Positions 1-9,468 are shown, counted from the stretch's first letter. The stretch is DNA of 34,886 bases from Oligoflexales bacterium (GCA_041736175.1 JBGSUI010000083.1:1-34886); one strand, 5' to 3'. Program-made: numbers and translations. The notes: generated by a model from the sequence alone, not told the origin.

Positions 1-288
1 CCATTTGCAGCCTTAAGTGCTCCAAAACTTTCCAATGTAAATTCAGAATTCTTGCGCGCATAGGCTATTCCCCGCAAATTTAGCGGAAAGTATACCTAAA
101 ATTTTTTTGGATGTCACTTTAATTATGCGCAGCTATATATAGGGGCGACGCTTATGTAGTAATTTGGCTGTATGATGAATGGCAACGACAAATTGCTGGG
201 AAGTTAAATATGTGTCGATACCTAAAGTTGATTTTTGCTGCATCCCTATCTCCTGAAATTTTGGGCCCACATGGGCCCAGATGGTTTT

Positions 289-558
289 TTAAGCCTTTTT
301 AAGAAGTGCTGACTCAATAACTATTGTCAGACGAGGCAATTTTCGACTTGAGGAAATGGTCCCGCTTACCATGAGATTGGTCACCCCAATCGGCAGATGT
401 TCAGCAAGTTCTTTCCTGGAAAGGATGTAAACAGGGCTAATGACAGTATGGCCATCATAGCTGCCGCGGACGAGTGCCCTAAGTATTCGCCAATCTCCGG
501 ATTGACTTTCGGTGGCGGAAAGGATTTTGATAATTTCGAATGTGCAAGAAATGTTCAT
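289..558 (-). CDS. small hypothetical protein (89 aa), beta-rich, possibly OB-fold ssDNA-binding
   Basis: ATG preceded by a strong RBS (AAGGAG); alternating hydrophobic pattern and basic C-terminus; fold assignment is inference only. Confidence 0.5.
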   Translation of the reverse strand: MNISCTFEIIKILSATESQSGDWRILRALVRGSYDGHTVISPVYILSRKELAEHLPIGVTNLMVSGTISSSRKLPRLTIVIESALLKKA

Positions 559-1125
559 AGTATGCTCCTTTATTGTTTGTTGGCCACGACCTGCGGCCTC
601 TCACAAACCCTGGAGGCCCAGTCGCTAGGTCAACGTGCCAGTCGAACGAAGCTAGAGCGTGCAGACTGAGTGACGCAGCATCCGGAGGCGCGAAGGAGGC
701 CCTGACCCAGATTTTAGCTGGCGCGCAAAGGCATTGAGAGACTGGCACAAGTCAGGGAAGGAGCATGCAGTGAATAAAGATGAACAATAAAATATTAAAA
801 AAAGACGTTAATAAGTCCCTGAACCAAAAACTGAATTTAGCTGGCAGAGATTATTACGAGGCGTCGAAGATGACTTGATCAGTCAACTTTACTACCAGCT
901 CTTTATGAGGGGTCATTTTCTTATACTGCCGAAGCATCTCGCATCCTAAAGCGTACCACTTGAACGATTGTTTTGGCTGCCTGCTCTATTGGTTTGTCTC
1001 CAATGTCATTGGTTGAAGTCACTTGACTCCCTGGAAATCTACCAATCAATCTAAATTCGTCAGTATAAAAAATCATCGGCCAAGATTCTGGATCTCCTTC
1101 GGTGCGGGCTTCAATTCCAAGATGA

Positions 1126-1180
1126 CGGCGGCGCAGGTTCGATTCCTGCTGGGACCGCCATGCTTTTTCAGGCTTTATTT
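1126..1180 (+). repeat. att-like repeat copy 1: degenerate tRNA 3' fragment plus short downstream tail
   Basis: CGGCGGC-GCAGG-TTCGATT-CCTGC-TGGGACC-G-CCA ending at 1160, then TGCTTTTTCAGGCTTTATTT; matches the copies ending at 6013 and 11041; no 5' acceptor strand upstream. Confidence 0.85.
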
Positions 1181-4131
1181 GACTTTAGATACTGGATGAT
1201 TTTTGGGGCTTCTTCAAAGGCGTCTTTGTCTACAATGAGGTTAAAAGTACTAGAAGGGTCTTTTACCCCCATATCACTTGTCGACAAAATTATGACAAGA
1301 TTTGGAGACTTACTTCTTAGCATGCCGCCCAATGTCACCCCATCCATGCCAGCACCGAGGTATTTATCGGTCAAAACTGCACATAAGCGCCCACTGATTT
1401 TATCCCAATCTCTCAGGAAATCCTCTGCCGTAGAAAAGGACGCCGCATCAAATCCGCCTAGAAAAGCCGGCCATTGGTCACGAAAGATATCCTCATCATC
1501 GATGATCGCTACTAAGTTTAAGGGTGGTTTGAGATTATCGTTAATTTGATCAGCATTTACATTGGGGGAAGTGAAACCCTCAATTATACCTCCTGGGACT
1601 TCTTCTCGTGCCACGGCAGTGGCCTCAGCCGGGAGCAATCCTTGGATCGTTTGGAGGAGTAACTTAAAGAGCTGACCCTTCGCCATGGGTTTTGGAAGAA
1701 AGCCATCGGCCCCAAGATCCCCGGCTCGGCGATGGTCATCTGGAACGATCCGATTAGAATGAACGAAGATAAGTCCTTTGAACTGGTGGGTGTTGCGTAG
1801 ATCTTTGACAAGCTCAAATCCCGTCAAGGATTTTGGACCCATGTCGATATCAGTGATGATCAAGTCTATTTTATTATTTTTAGTGACCTTAAAGGTCTCA
1901 TGGCTACCATGAGCATGATGTATCTTACAGAGCTGGTTTAATTCCGGTGCTTCTTCAATCCATCCGGCAAGGGCACTCCGATAAATCGTTTCGTCGTCAA
2001 CGATCAGGATCTCGACTGGAATTGATAAGGCTTTAGCTCTCGCAACGACCTCTTGAAGGAGGAGTTCTTCATTTTTATTAAATTCACTTTGTGACCCTCT
2101 GCTAGCATCCCCCCCCATCATGGCGATGATTTGGGTGATCTCGTCACTGTGTTTGGGCAGAGTGGCGGTCGTGACGAGCTTAGTCCCTAGGGCGATGGGC
2201 AGGGTAAAGTAAAACTCAACTTTGCCTTGGGGGTGCTCTTCTGTTTTTGAGGATTCACACCAGATTTTCCCGTTGTGAGCTTGAACAACCTTTTGGGCTA
2301 TGGCCAATCCCAGGCCCGTCCCACCCTTTTTTCCTGACGTAAAAAAAGCTTCAAAGAGTTTATTCAGGCTTTCTGGTGGGATAAGCGAGCCAGCATTGCC
2401 GATACAGAACTGGACTTCATGGCCTACCATTTTGGTTTTAATCCATAGTGAGCCAGAGAAGTTCACTGCTTGGACAGCATTGCCAACAATATTGGAAAAT
2501 ACCCGGTTCACTTTTTTAAGGTGGACATTTACCATGGCAGTATGCTGAAGGTCATAGGAAATACTGATCTTAGATTTAGGGTAAACCCTAAAGATTTCCC
2601 CTAGAGTCGACTCAATGAGTGATTCGGGCGATACAGGCTCAAGGATCAGTTCGGTCGATGTCGAGCCTATTTCCATGACGTCAGTCAACATTCCATCAAC
2701 TGATTTTGTGGCCCTTTCAATTTCACTGACTAAAAAACCGAGATTTTTAGAAAATTTTTGTGGATTCGCAGAACTTACCTGCAATAAATTAAGGCCAGTC
2801 TTAAGCATCGAGAATGGTTTGCGTACATCGTGGGCCAGACTTTGGGTCATGCGAGCAACTGCCTGATTAGTCTGATTATCGAGGTCAGTCTGTCTGACCC
2901 TCTCCTCGTGTTCAATCTGGTATCGCCTAATGATCAAATACCCGAAGAAAATCCCCAGAGGCATTGGATAGAGTTTACAAAAATAGAAACCGCGAATAAC
3001 CCCATGAAAAACCAGAATGTCAAACAGTTGAGCCGCGGTAAGTGCCGCATACACAATCAATAGGTTTTTTCCGTTGGTTTTCTGGGTGATCCATGCCCCA
3101 TAGAGGCCGATGGCTACGGGCAAAAAAACCAGTGGAGCTGACATACGCATGATGAAATGGGCGATATCAAAACCATTTTTCGTAGACGATATATTGAACC
3201 CCATGGCATGGATCGTCGGGAATACAATGAATAGAGAAAGGGGTATCCCATAAAGCCATCGCATTTTTTTGAGGATAGGGTTTGATGGAAAAAACAGAGT
3301 CGAAACCAAAGCAAAATGACTAAAATCAAAAGCTGTCCGAGAGAAAAAATGAGCGTAACCAGCCAAATCGATCGAGATATATTCCCGGATAGTTTCTGAA
3401 ATGGAGAATAAAAATATAGAACTTGTCAGGCAGTAAAATAGGTACCGCACGCTTAGGTCATCTTGGATCTTATGGTATTCCACAAGGATCAGGGTGATGA
3501 TGGCTATGATAAGAAATACGATGCTCGAAAACATCGGAAAAATAATGGTCCGGACATTGATAGACCGCTCGATCCTAAAGGCATCTCTCGCTGAAAAAAT
3601 CCCAATGGGTCCCTGGGTGATTCCCGATTGTGATCTTTTAAGAGAATAGATGATCAGCGAAAGTTGATTTTCAAGACCTTGTGTTTTGAGAATCTGGGGG
3701 GGCAAATCAAATTTAACCCCATAATGTTTTGCATACATCGCTAGGGGAGGGAATTCACCGTTGCGGCCAAGGACCACTCCATTGAGCCTCATTTCTACAG
3801 TATCGCCTATTTCACCGATCAAAATACTACAAACCATGCTGCCCGTAGTACATTCGAGCGGTGCTTTAAAAGTTTTCTCGTACTTTAGCCAACCACTAAA
3901 ACCTGGGGAGTGGGCCACTTTGGGCGAGTCGACAGGGACATTGGAAGTAACGGAATCGGTACAAGGGTAATTTACACTGTCGTTTACCGGGGAACACACC
4001 TGCCATTCGCCGGAAAGGTCTAGCAGTGATTTTTCTTGCGAGGTCAGATAGGGCAGTCCAAAAATCCAGCCAAGAACCGACACCATGAAGAGGCAGAGGA
4101 GACCTACGATTTTTTTCGAATCAAGTTTCAT
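1168..4131 (-). CDS. membrane-bound hybrid sensor histidine kinase with two receiver domains
   Basis: N-terminal TM, extracytoplasmic jelly-roll-like region (LDLSGEWQ), ~7 TM segments, H-box LAHDVRKPF, N-box FSNIVGNA, G-box GKKGGTGLGLAI, receivers ILIVDDE...ITDIDM...FLPKPM and AIIDDE...LTDKYL. Confidence 0.93.
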   Translation of the reverse strand: MKLDSKKIVGLLCLFMVSVLGWIFGLPYLTSQEKSLLDLSGEWQVCSPVNDSVNYPCTDSVTSNVPVDSPKVAHSPGFSGWLKYEKTFKAPLECTTGSMVCSILIGEIGDTVEMRLNGVVLGRNGEFPPLAMYAKHYGVKFDLPPQILKTQGLENQLSLIIYSLKRSQSGITQGPIGIFSARDAFRIERSINVRTIIFPMFSSIVFLIIAIITLILVEYHKIQDDLSVRYLFYCLTSSIFLFSISETIREYISIDLAGYAHFFSRTAFDFSHFALVSTLFFPSNPILKKMRWLYGIPLSLFIVFPTIHAMGFNISSTKNGFDIAHFIMRMSAPLVFLPVAIGLYGAWITQKTNGKNLLIVYAALTAAQLFDILVFHGVIRGFYFCKLYPMPLGIFFGYLIIRRYQIEHEERVRQTDLDNQTNQAVARMTQSLAHDVRKPFSMLKTGLNLLQVSSANPQKFSKNLGFLVSEIERATKSVDGMLTDVMEIGSTSTELILEPVSPESLIESTLGEIFRVYPKSKISISYDLQHTAMVNVHLKKVNRVFSNIVGNAVQAVNFSGSLWIKTKMVGHEVQFCIGNAGSLIPPESLNKLFEAFFTSGKKGGTGLGLAIAQKVVQAHNGKIWCESSKTEEHPQGKVEFYFTLPIALGTKLVTTATLPKHSDEITQIIAMMGGDASRGSQSEFNKNEELLLQEVVARAKALSIPVEILIVDDETIYRSALAGWIEEAPELNQLCKIHHAHGSHETFKVTKNNKIDLIITDIDMGPKSLTGFELVKDLRNTHQFKGLIFVHSNRIVPDDHRRAGDLGADGFLPKPMAKGQLFKLLLQTIQGLLPAEATAVAREEVPGGIIEGFTSPNVNADQINDNLKPPLNLVAIIDDEDIFRDQWPAFLGGFDAASFSTAEDFLRDWDKISGRLCAVLTDKYLGAGMDGVTLGGMLRSKSPNLVIILSTSDMGVKDPSSTFNLIVDKDAFEEAPKIIQYLKSNKA

Positions 4132-4874
4132 TTTGGTTTCACCGCGACTAAGCCGACGCTTTCTCTTCCATCAAAACGGATGTCTTCTGGAAAATCAGGT
4201 CGAGGGAATGTATGAATTTTTTCCACGTATAAGCCAGCTTCCTCTGCAGCACGTCGCAAAACCTCTACATCTAAAAGATGCATGGTTTTCGGAAGAAACT
4301 TGGCCCGATCCGGCGCTATTTCATGGACATTTTCTACAAATCCAGGCCACTTTGCTCCAGCCATTTTTCTTGCCTCATAAATCGGCTGAAATCTTTGGAA
4401 ATTTCTAAGGTAAGGCGTTTCCGCGACAATAAAAAGTTTCCCGCCTGGAGCCAACCATTCGGCGATTTTTTGCATCGCAAAGTCTATCGTCGGGCCATCA
4501 AGAAAATGTAAAACTCGAGCGATGAGCGTAGCCCCTACCGAACCATTTTCTAGCCTGATTTCTTCTGGGAATGAACCATGCATGATAGAGAGTCGAGGTC
4601 GGTGGGCCTCAGGAACTCTGTCGATCAAGATTTGGAGGTGCCTGGCATCAATGTCATTGGCGATCACCGAAGCACCTTGGGCTAATGCGGGCAAAGTGGC
4701 GACCCCGTAGGCCGCTCCGATCTCCAGCGAAGGCCCAGGTGCCTCAGGAGCGAATACTACAAATTCCAATGAAAAGGGGTCAAGGGTGGACGTCATATAG
4801 CCCATATTATTCAGGGTCTTAACGAATCCATTCCTTTCCGCTTCAGGCATTTTGAATGCTTGCACCATTTGCAA
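4128..4874 (-). CDS. class I SAM-dependent methyltransferase
   Basis: Motif I SLEIGAAYG, VIANDID, RVLHF, WLAPGGKLFI; 4-bp ATGA overlap with the kinase start. Confidence 0.9.
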   Translation of the reverse strand: MQMVQAFKMPEAERNGFVKTLNNMGYMTSTLDPFSLEFVVFAPEAPGPSLEIGAAYGVATLPALAQGASVIANDIDARHLQILIDRVPEAHRPRLSIMHGSFPEEIRLENGSVGATLIARVLHFLDGPTIDFAMQKIAEWLAPGGKLFIVAETPYLRNFQRFQPIYEARKMAGAKWPGFVENVHEIAPDRAKFLPKTMHLLDVEVLRRAAEEAGLYVEKIHTFPRPDFPEDIRFDGRESVGLVAVKPK

Positions 4875-5262
4875 TTCCTAATTCTATATTGCTCAGTCTT
4901 ACAAATCAGGTGGATTTATAATAAATTTCATTTAACTATGCAACAAGGAAAAATTTGATAATTTTTTAATAAAATTCAACATATTGACATCATCGCAGAA
5001 TAGTCGAGCGTTAATGCCTCCTTCTGAGCTTAGCTGGGAGTGGCTCTTAGGACTAGGTAGTCGGGGAAGCATGTTATACAGACATCGAACTACCCAATTG
5101 TCAGGCCGGTTCGTCCTCAGAAATTTGGACTATCAGTTCCTATTGTGCTCAAGTGGCCCTACCCAGGGTTTAAGGGGTGACTATTTTGACCTCAGACAGG
5201 TTAACAGCAATGATAAGATCCCCTGAGATTTAAACGTGGTCAAACCAGTTGAGGCCAATGAG

Positions 5263-5721
5263 ATGAAGTCCCAAATTGTCCCATTAGAAGATTGTTACCG
5301 AGCCAATGCTGCCGCACTGCATGAGCAGACCTTTGGTTGTATTGGGGTCAAGGCCGAAGACTTCGAAGTCGCTACCATTCATCCTAACCGTTCTCTTGTG
5401 GCTATATCGGATGATAAACGTGTCTTAGGTTATGCGACCTATACCTGCTCTGCCAAAGGAGGCTACCTTGGCTGGTACGCTGTGGCTGAGGATTTCCGTA
5501 ACCATGGCATAGGTAGAGCACTTTTTGATGCGACGGCGGCAGACCTAAGGTCGGTCGGTGCCAAGTCGGTTAGGCTTGACACCCGCAATCGGTTTCGTGA
5601 AGCCCTTAGGTTTTATCTCGGCCTTGGGTTTGACATCATTGGCAGCTGGCAACAACTGGACGGTGAACTAATGATTTCTATGCGGCTTGTGTTCCAAGAA
5701 AACGATTCTAGCCAAAAATAA
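5263..5721 (+). CDS. GNAT family N-acetyltransferase
   Basis: Acetyl-CoA motif AVAEDFRNHGIGRAL and N..ALRFYLGLGF; ATG at 5263 follows GAGG (alternative GTG start at 5236). Confidence 0.9.
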   Translation: MKSQIVPLEDCYRANAAALHEQTFGCIGVKAEDFEVATIHPNRSLVAISDDKRVLGYATYTCSAKGGYLGWYAVAEDFRNHGIGRALFDATAADLRSVGAKSVRLDTRNRFREALRFYLGLGFDIIGSWQQLDGELMISMRLVFQENDSSQK

Positions 5722-5745
5722 GTCTTTTCAAGATATTACAGGAAT

Positions 5746-5771
5746 AGCCCAGCGTTTAAAAAAACTGGGCT
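5746..5771. terminator. hairpin downstream of the GNAT gene, possible terminator
   Basis: AGCCCAG...CTGGGCT inverted repeat ~25 bp after the stop; weak U tract. Confidence 0.35.
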
Positions 5772-5837
5772 TACCAGACATCCCATCGGAACATCCAGGG
5801 GAATGTCCAAGATTAAATATTCCTTTAATATTAGTCA

Positions 5838-6033
5838 CATAGAAATATCGCGAAGCCCGTATCCGTTTCCGAATCTCTAACTATGCCAAAACAAAGAGAT
5901 TTGGCTTACGCGGTGGAACTTTTCCCCCGCCTCGTCTAAGCTATGAACCGGTTCGGGATACATGTCAGCCTCCGAAGGCGGCGGTGCAGGTTCGATTCCT
6001 GCCGGAACCGCCATGATTTTTAAGGGTTTTTTT
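5838..6033 (+). repeat. att-like repeat copy 2: conserved arm, tRNA 3' half and tail
   Basis: Ungapped match to 10866-11061 at a constant offset of 5028; 5913-6033 vs 10941-11061 has 6 mismatches in 121 bp; shared CATAGAAATATCG at the left end. Confidence 0.95.
5969..6013 (+). tRNA. partial tRNA-Arg(CCG): anticodon loop to CCA only, not a functional gene
   Basis: CTCCGAA loop (5970-5976), GGCGG, CGGT, T-arm GCAGG-TTCGATT-CCTGC, acceptor strand CGGAACC, G, CCA; no D arm. Confidence 0.7.
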
Positions 6034-6063
6034 GCTATGTCAAGGTGGTCCTACGACCTCAAG

Positions 6064-6228
6064 TCAGGTCAAATTGGTCATTGACTGCAGATCATGAATG
6101 ATTTTTGGAGCTTCTTCGAAGGCATCTTTGTCGACAATGAGGGTTGGTTCGTGGGCTCCATCAAGCACCGCCAAAGGTTTCCTGCTTTTGACTTCGAACT
6201 TTGCCTTAACGGACGATGAGTTTACCAT
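6064..6228 (-). pseudogene. relic carrying the C-terminal peptide of a paralogous hybrid kinase
   Basis: 54-aa frame containing LIVDKDAFEEAPKII, identical to the kinase C-terminal region; 6098-6142 matches 1196-1240 at 41/45. Confidence 0.75.
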
Positions 6229-6446
6229 CTTTCCTGAAGTGCTCGAAGAGGGCTGGGTACCACTATTGATTGTTGCTGTAGAAGCCCTATGTCTCTAGAC
6301 TCGGAAGCTCTGGATTTTTCTTAACTTAGAATTGTATGCTTCTAATAAAGTTGCCAAATAGAGCTGCAAATAATGACATCACTTTTCTAATCATCCTTCG
6401 TCTTGTTCACAATCACCCAAAAGTAGAAGAATCTTAATCCCCCCTG

Positions 6447-7709
6447 CTACAATGTCGCGGTTGCAGATTTTAAAAGCCCAAACGCCCAAAGTGGGATCAC
6501 TTGCGGGTCTGCAGATCCCTCAAAAACATCCCGTACCAGAAAGGCGTTGGTTTCTCCCACAATTTGCCTTTTCCGTTTTTTAGGGCCACCCACTTCGAAA
6601 CTAAAAGTCCCTACAGAAAAGTCAGCGTGGCGCTCATGAACAAACGCCTCTAGTCCTGCCAAGGAGACACTCGTCAGAAAAAAATTCTCTCGGATTGACC
6701 CCAGATCAGGCTGCAAATCAGCATATGCATAGTAAAGACAGCTATTGCCTAAGTAAATTTTTTCCGATTTACGAAGCGATTTAAGAGATTGGCGGTCGAG
6801 GGATCTAATGATGCCCGCATCTTGAAGGCAGGCGAGGTAGTGTTTGAGCGTTCGCAAATCACTAATCTGAGCGTACTCTTTGAGGTCTTCATAGTTTACG
6901 CTGTAGGGAACATTTTGCGCGATAGCCTTAAAAATAGCCTGTAACTTGCGAGCCATATCCCGCCGAGAGTGGGTTTGGGCCGATACAATTTCGTAGCCTA
7001 TGGTATCTTCTGTCGCTTGCCTTAGCATCGCATGAAACTCGGCATCCTTGCATTTCGTAAGACCGTATGCGTAGTAACCACGCCTCAAATATTCCTCAAA
7101 TAAATGTGGCAAAAGCTTCGGGATTATTTGTGCAATTTCAGCCCGAATATTTTCCAAGCTGGCTTGGTCTAAGCTCGTGAGCTCTTCCAGTCTAAGCGCT
7201 CTTAATTTAAGGTTGTAGGCCAAATGCAAGTATTCGCGAAAACTGAGACCCTTTAGTTGATATTTTACGAAGCGACGCGCTAATCCCCCCAAATCCTTAA
7301 AGCTTAGAATAGAACTTCCCGAAACGATGCATCGGATCGAAAGACGATCTGCGATTTTTTTCAGGTCAGATTTCCACTCACTGTAGCGATGGACTTCATC
7401 AAATACTACAACAAGCACTCCATTTTCCTGAGCAAGAAGGGCAAGATCGTACATGGAATCCGCCGCAAAAAGCGTATCATCTAAGCTAATATAAAAAGCT
7501 TTAGTAAGATCATGATTGGCAATCTCCAGCGCCTTTTGGCATGCCAACACTGTCTTGCCAATGCCTTTTTCACCCACAAGACATGATAAATGAGCCCCGA
7601 GGAAGTCCTTTTCCAAGAGGACCTCTCTTGCGTGGACATATGAGTGCATTTTCTCCCAAACCACGCGGTTATAGTCTAAAATTTGATAATATTTTTGGAT
7701 ATTTGACAC
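6447..7709 (-). CDS. AAA+ ATPase, AAA_14/DUF4143-type
   Basis: Walker A GEKGIGKT, Walker B VVFDEVH, VSGSS, GLSFREY, KIYLGN, ENFF, IPLWAFG; GTG start with GGAGG RBS. Confidence 0.92.
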   Translation of the reverse strand: MSNIQKYYQILDYNRVVWEKMHSYVHAREVLLEKDFLGAHLSCLVGEKGIGKTVLACQKALEIANHDLTKAFYISLDDTLFAADSMYDLALLAQENGVLVVVFDEVHRYSEWKSDLKKIADRLSIRCIVSGSSILSFKDLGGLARRFVKYQLKGLSFREYLHLAYNLKLRALRLEELTSLDQASLENIRAEIAQIIPKLLPHLFEEYLRRGYYAYGLTKCKDAEFHAMLRQATEDTIGYEIVSAQTHSRRDMARKLQAIFKAIAQNVPYSVNYEDLKEYAQISDLRTLKHYLACLQDAGIIRSLDRQSLKSLRKSEKIYLGNSCLYYAYADLQPDLGSIRENFFLTSVSLAGLEAFVHERHADFSVGTFSFEVGGPKKRKRQIVGETNAFLVRDVFEGSADPQVIPLWAFGLLKSATATL

Positions 7710-7724
7710 GTCAAGACCTCCAAT

Positions 7725-7773
7725 ATGGATTATAATCCATTTTTCTGACCATAAAAAGTGGATTATATTACAC
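7725..7773. promoter_or_regulatory. two palindromic operator-like sites upstream of the ATPase
   Basis: Perfect 16-bp palindrome ATGGATTATAATCCAT (7725-7740) and variant GTGGATTATATTACAC (7758-7773). Confidence 0.55.
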
Positions 7774-7904
7774 TTTTTCGTACGATATCATAAAATGCAG
7801 TAAATACAATAATTTATATCATTATCGGCTCTATTGGTGGAAGCGGACGTTGGTGGATCATCAGCTTCTCGGCCGCTCGTCCGGCTTCCCGTCGGCGATG
7901 GCGT

Positions 7905-8156
7905 GACGAAGTCGCAGGCCACATTCCAGAGGAACGGGTCCCGTCCGTGCCGCCTCGCGGAGTGCCTAAGGCCCACGTGCAGGATCTCGTGGGCAATGAC
8001 GAACCTGGTCTCCTCCGGGCCGAGGTCCGAGGCGGGGTTAAAATAGATGGTCCTCGTGTCCTCCTCGACCGCGGCGACCGAAATTTGAAGGTTTCTGCAA
8101 GTCACGTGGTCTTCCACAATCTTGAATGAGGCGGCAAGCGATCCCAAAAGGGGGAA
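7905..8156 (-). pseudogene. internal fragment of a DUF2201-type putative metallopeptidase gene
   Basis: FPLLGSLAA...IYFNP...RFVIAHEILHVGLRHSARR...LWNVACDFV; no convincing start; family-like sequence stops abruptly; GC-richer than flanks. Confidence 0.75.
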
Positions 8157-8548
8157 GGTTTTTTAGGAGTTGATCCCTAAGGGACATGGCCAGGAAATAA
8201 AGGAGCTCCCGCTCCTCGGGCTTTTTGGGCCAACCGACGTCCCCCTTGATGACGGCGGCGATCCCGTATTTGTTTTTCAAAACCTTGACGAAGGTGTTGA
8301 ACTGGACCGCGTGCTCGACCGTCAGGCTTCCGAAGGATGAAATCTCTATTTGCCGTTGCGAGACGCCGTCGCCGTAGCCGTGAAGGGCGTCCGACAAAAT
8401 CTCCCAAGACCTGGGGAGGAAAAGGGCTCGTTTTGGGTCGGCTTGCCTAGGTCTCCTTTTCCAGCCAGAGATCGCTTTCCAACAGCTACCGCTTGGTGTA
8501 ACCCTTAGGTGAGACGACACAAGCTATTTTGGCGACAGGGAACGTATC

Positions 8549-9280
8549 TTGAAAAATCTATGGAACCGATGCGATAAGCTTAAGGCCGAACTTGAGGGTC
8601 TGAGGCCTATCGAAACCAAGTATCTAGGCCAAATCAAAAAATTTTGGCAAGTAGGACTTGCCTATTCTTCCAATGCTCTCGAAGGAAATACTCTTACCGA
8701 AACTGAAACCAAGGTGATTTTAGAGGACGGGATTACAATTGGTGGAAAATCGGTGAGGGAGCATATGGAAGCGTTGGGACATAAAGACGCCCTAAGCTTC
8801 CTATTTGAAATTTATAAAAACAGTTATAGTGAGCAAGTTATCTGTGAGCTCCATCGACTTTTCTATTTTAGAATCGACTCCAAAAGTGCTGGAAAATACC
8901 GGACGGACAATGTAATTATCACCGGGACCGACTACCTTCCGCCTAATTTCGAAATAGTTGGGGAACTGATGTCCGGGTTTGGCAGCAAGATTGCTAAAAA
9001 GGTTCATCCGCTTGAGCATGCTGCAAAGGCCCACGAGGAGCTTGTAAATATTCATCCATTTATTGATGGAAATGGACGTACGGCTCGACTTCTATTGAAT
9101 CTGATTTTGCTTCAGTCTGGTTTTCCGGTTGTCGTCTTTCCACCCATCTATCGAGCCCGATATATTGATGCCGCCAGGGCTGGCAATAGAGGCAATAGCC
9201 GACCATTCTTAGAATTCCTAGCGCAGGTTACAGAACAGGGACTTATCGATTATTTGCGGATGTTAGAAAAGTTGCAATAA
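8549..9280 (+). CDS. Fic domain protein (class II, N-terminal inhibitory motif)
   Basis: Catalytic HPFIDGNGRTAR; inhibitory motif SNALEGN. Confidence 0.95.
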   Translation: MKNLWNRCDKLKAELEGLRPIETKYLGQIKKFWQVGLAYSSNALEGNTLTETETKVILEDGITIGGKSVREHMEALGHKDALSFLFEIYKNSYSEQVICELHRLFYFRIDSKSAGKYRTDNVIITGTDYLPPNFEIVGELMSGFGSKIAKKVHPLEHAAKAHEELVNIHPFIDGNGRTARLLLNLILLQSGFPVVVFPPIYRARYIDAARAGNRGNSRPFLEFLAQVTEQGLIDYLRMLEKLQ

Positions 9281-9399
9281 TCGCGGCTGCTCGTGTTTGG
9301 ACTGACGGTTGAGCCGCAGCAGCTTGAATTTGGCAGAAATATCTTGAAGCGACAGGTGGAATTGACCTCCACCTTCCAGCACTCGGTTACCTTTGGTTG

Positions 9400-9458
9400 T
9401 ATCGGACGATAAACGGGTCTTAGGTTATGCGACCTATAACGCCTCTGCCAAAGGAGGC
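9400..9458 (+). pseudogene. relic of a GNAT paralog
   Basis: 54/59 nt identical to 5405-5463; encodes SDDKRVLGYATYNASAKGG. Confidence 0.8.
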
Positions 9459-9468
9459 CCCCGAACAC

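Larger units (their letters stand above)
1161..6013. mobile_element. tRNA-anchored island unit 1 (4853 bp, no integrase)
   Basis: Bounded by direct repeats of a tRNA 3' end; cargo is a kinase, a methyltransferase and a GNAT gene. Confidence 0.6.

Noticed and set aside
1085..1160. Possible intact tRNA-Sec (GGGCTTCAATTCC resembles a UCA anticodon arm; ends GCCA)
   Set aside because: No 5' strand pairing with TGGGACC and no D arm or long variable arm; the 3' part is better explained as a degenerate copy of the tRNA-Arg fragment
5915..5939. ECF sigma-like promoter GGAAC...CGTCTAA in the repeat arm
   Set aside because: Spacer is 13 bp, shorter than the usual 16-17
5950..6013. D-armless tRNA-like fold using GGTTCGG as the 5' acceptor strand
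   Set aside because: Needs a G-G mismatch and an irregular anticodon stem; the CCGGTTCGG motif also persists at 11976 without any tRNA part, favouring a DNA-site role
8038..8520. 160-aa ORF as an intact gene
   Set aside because: Only the middle looks protein-like; it overlaps the DUF2201 fragment out of frame and has no recognisable motif
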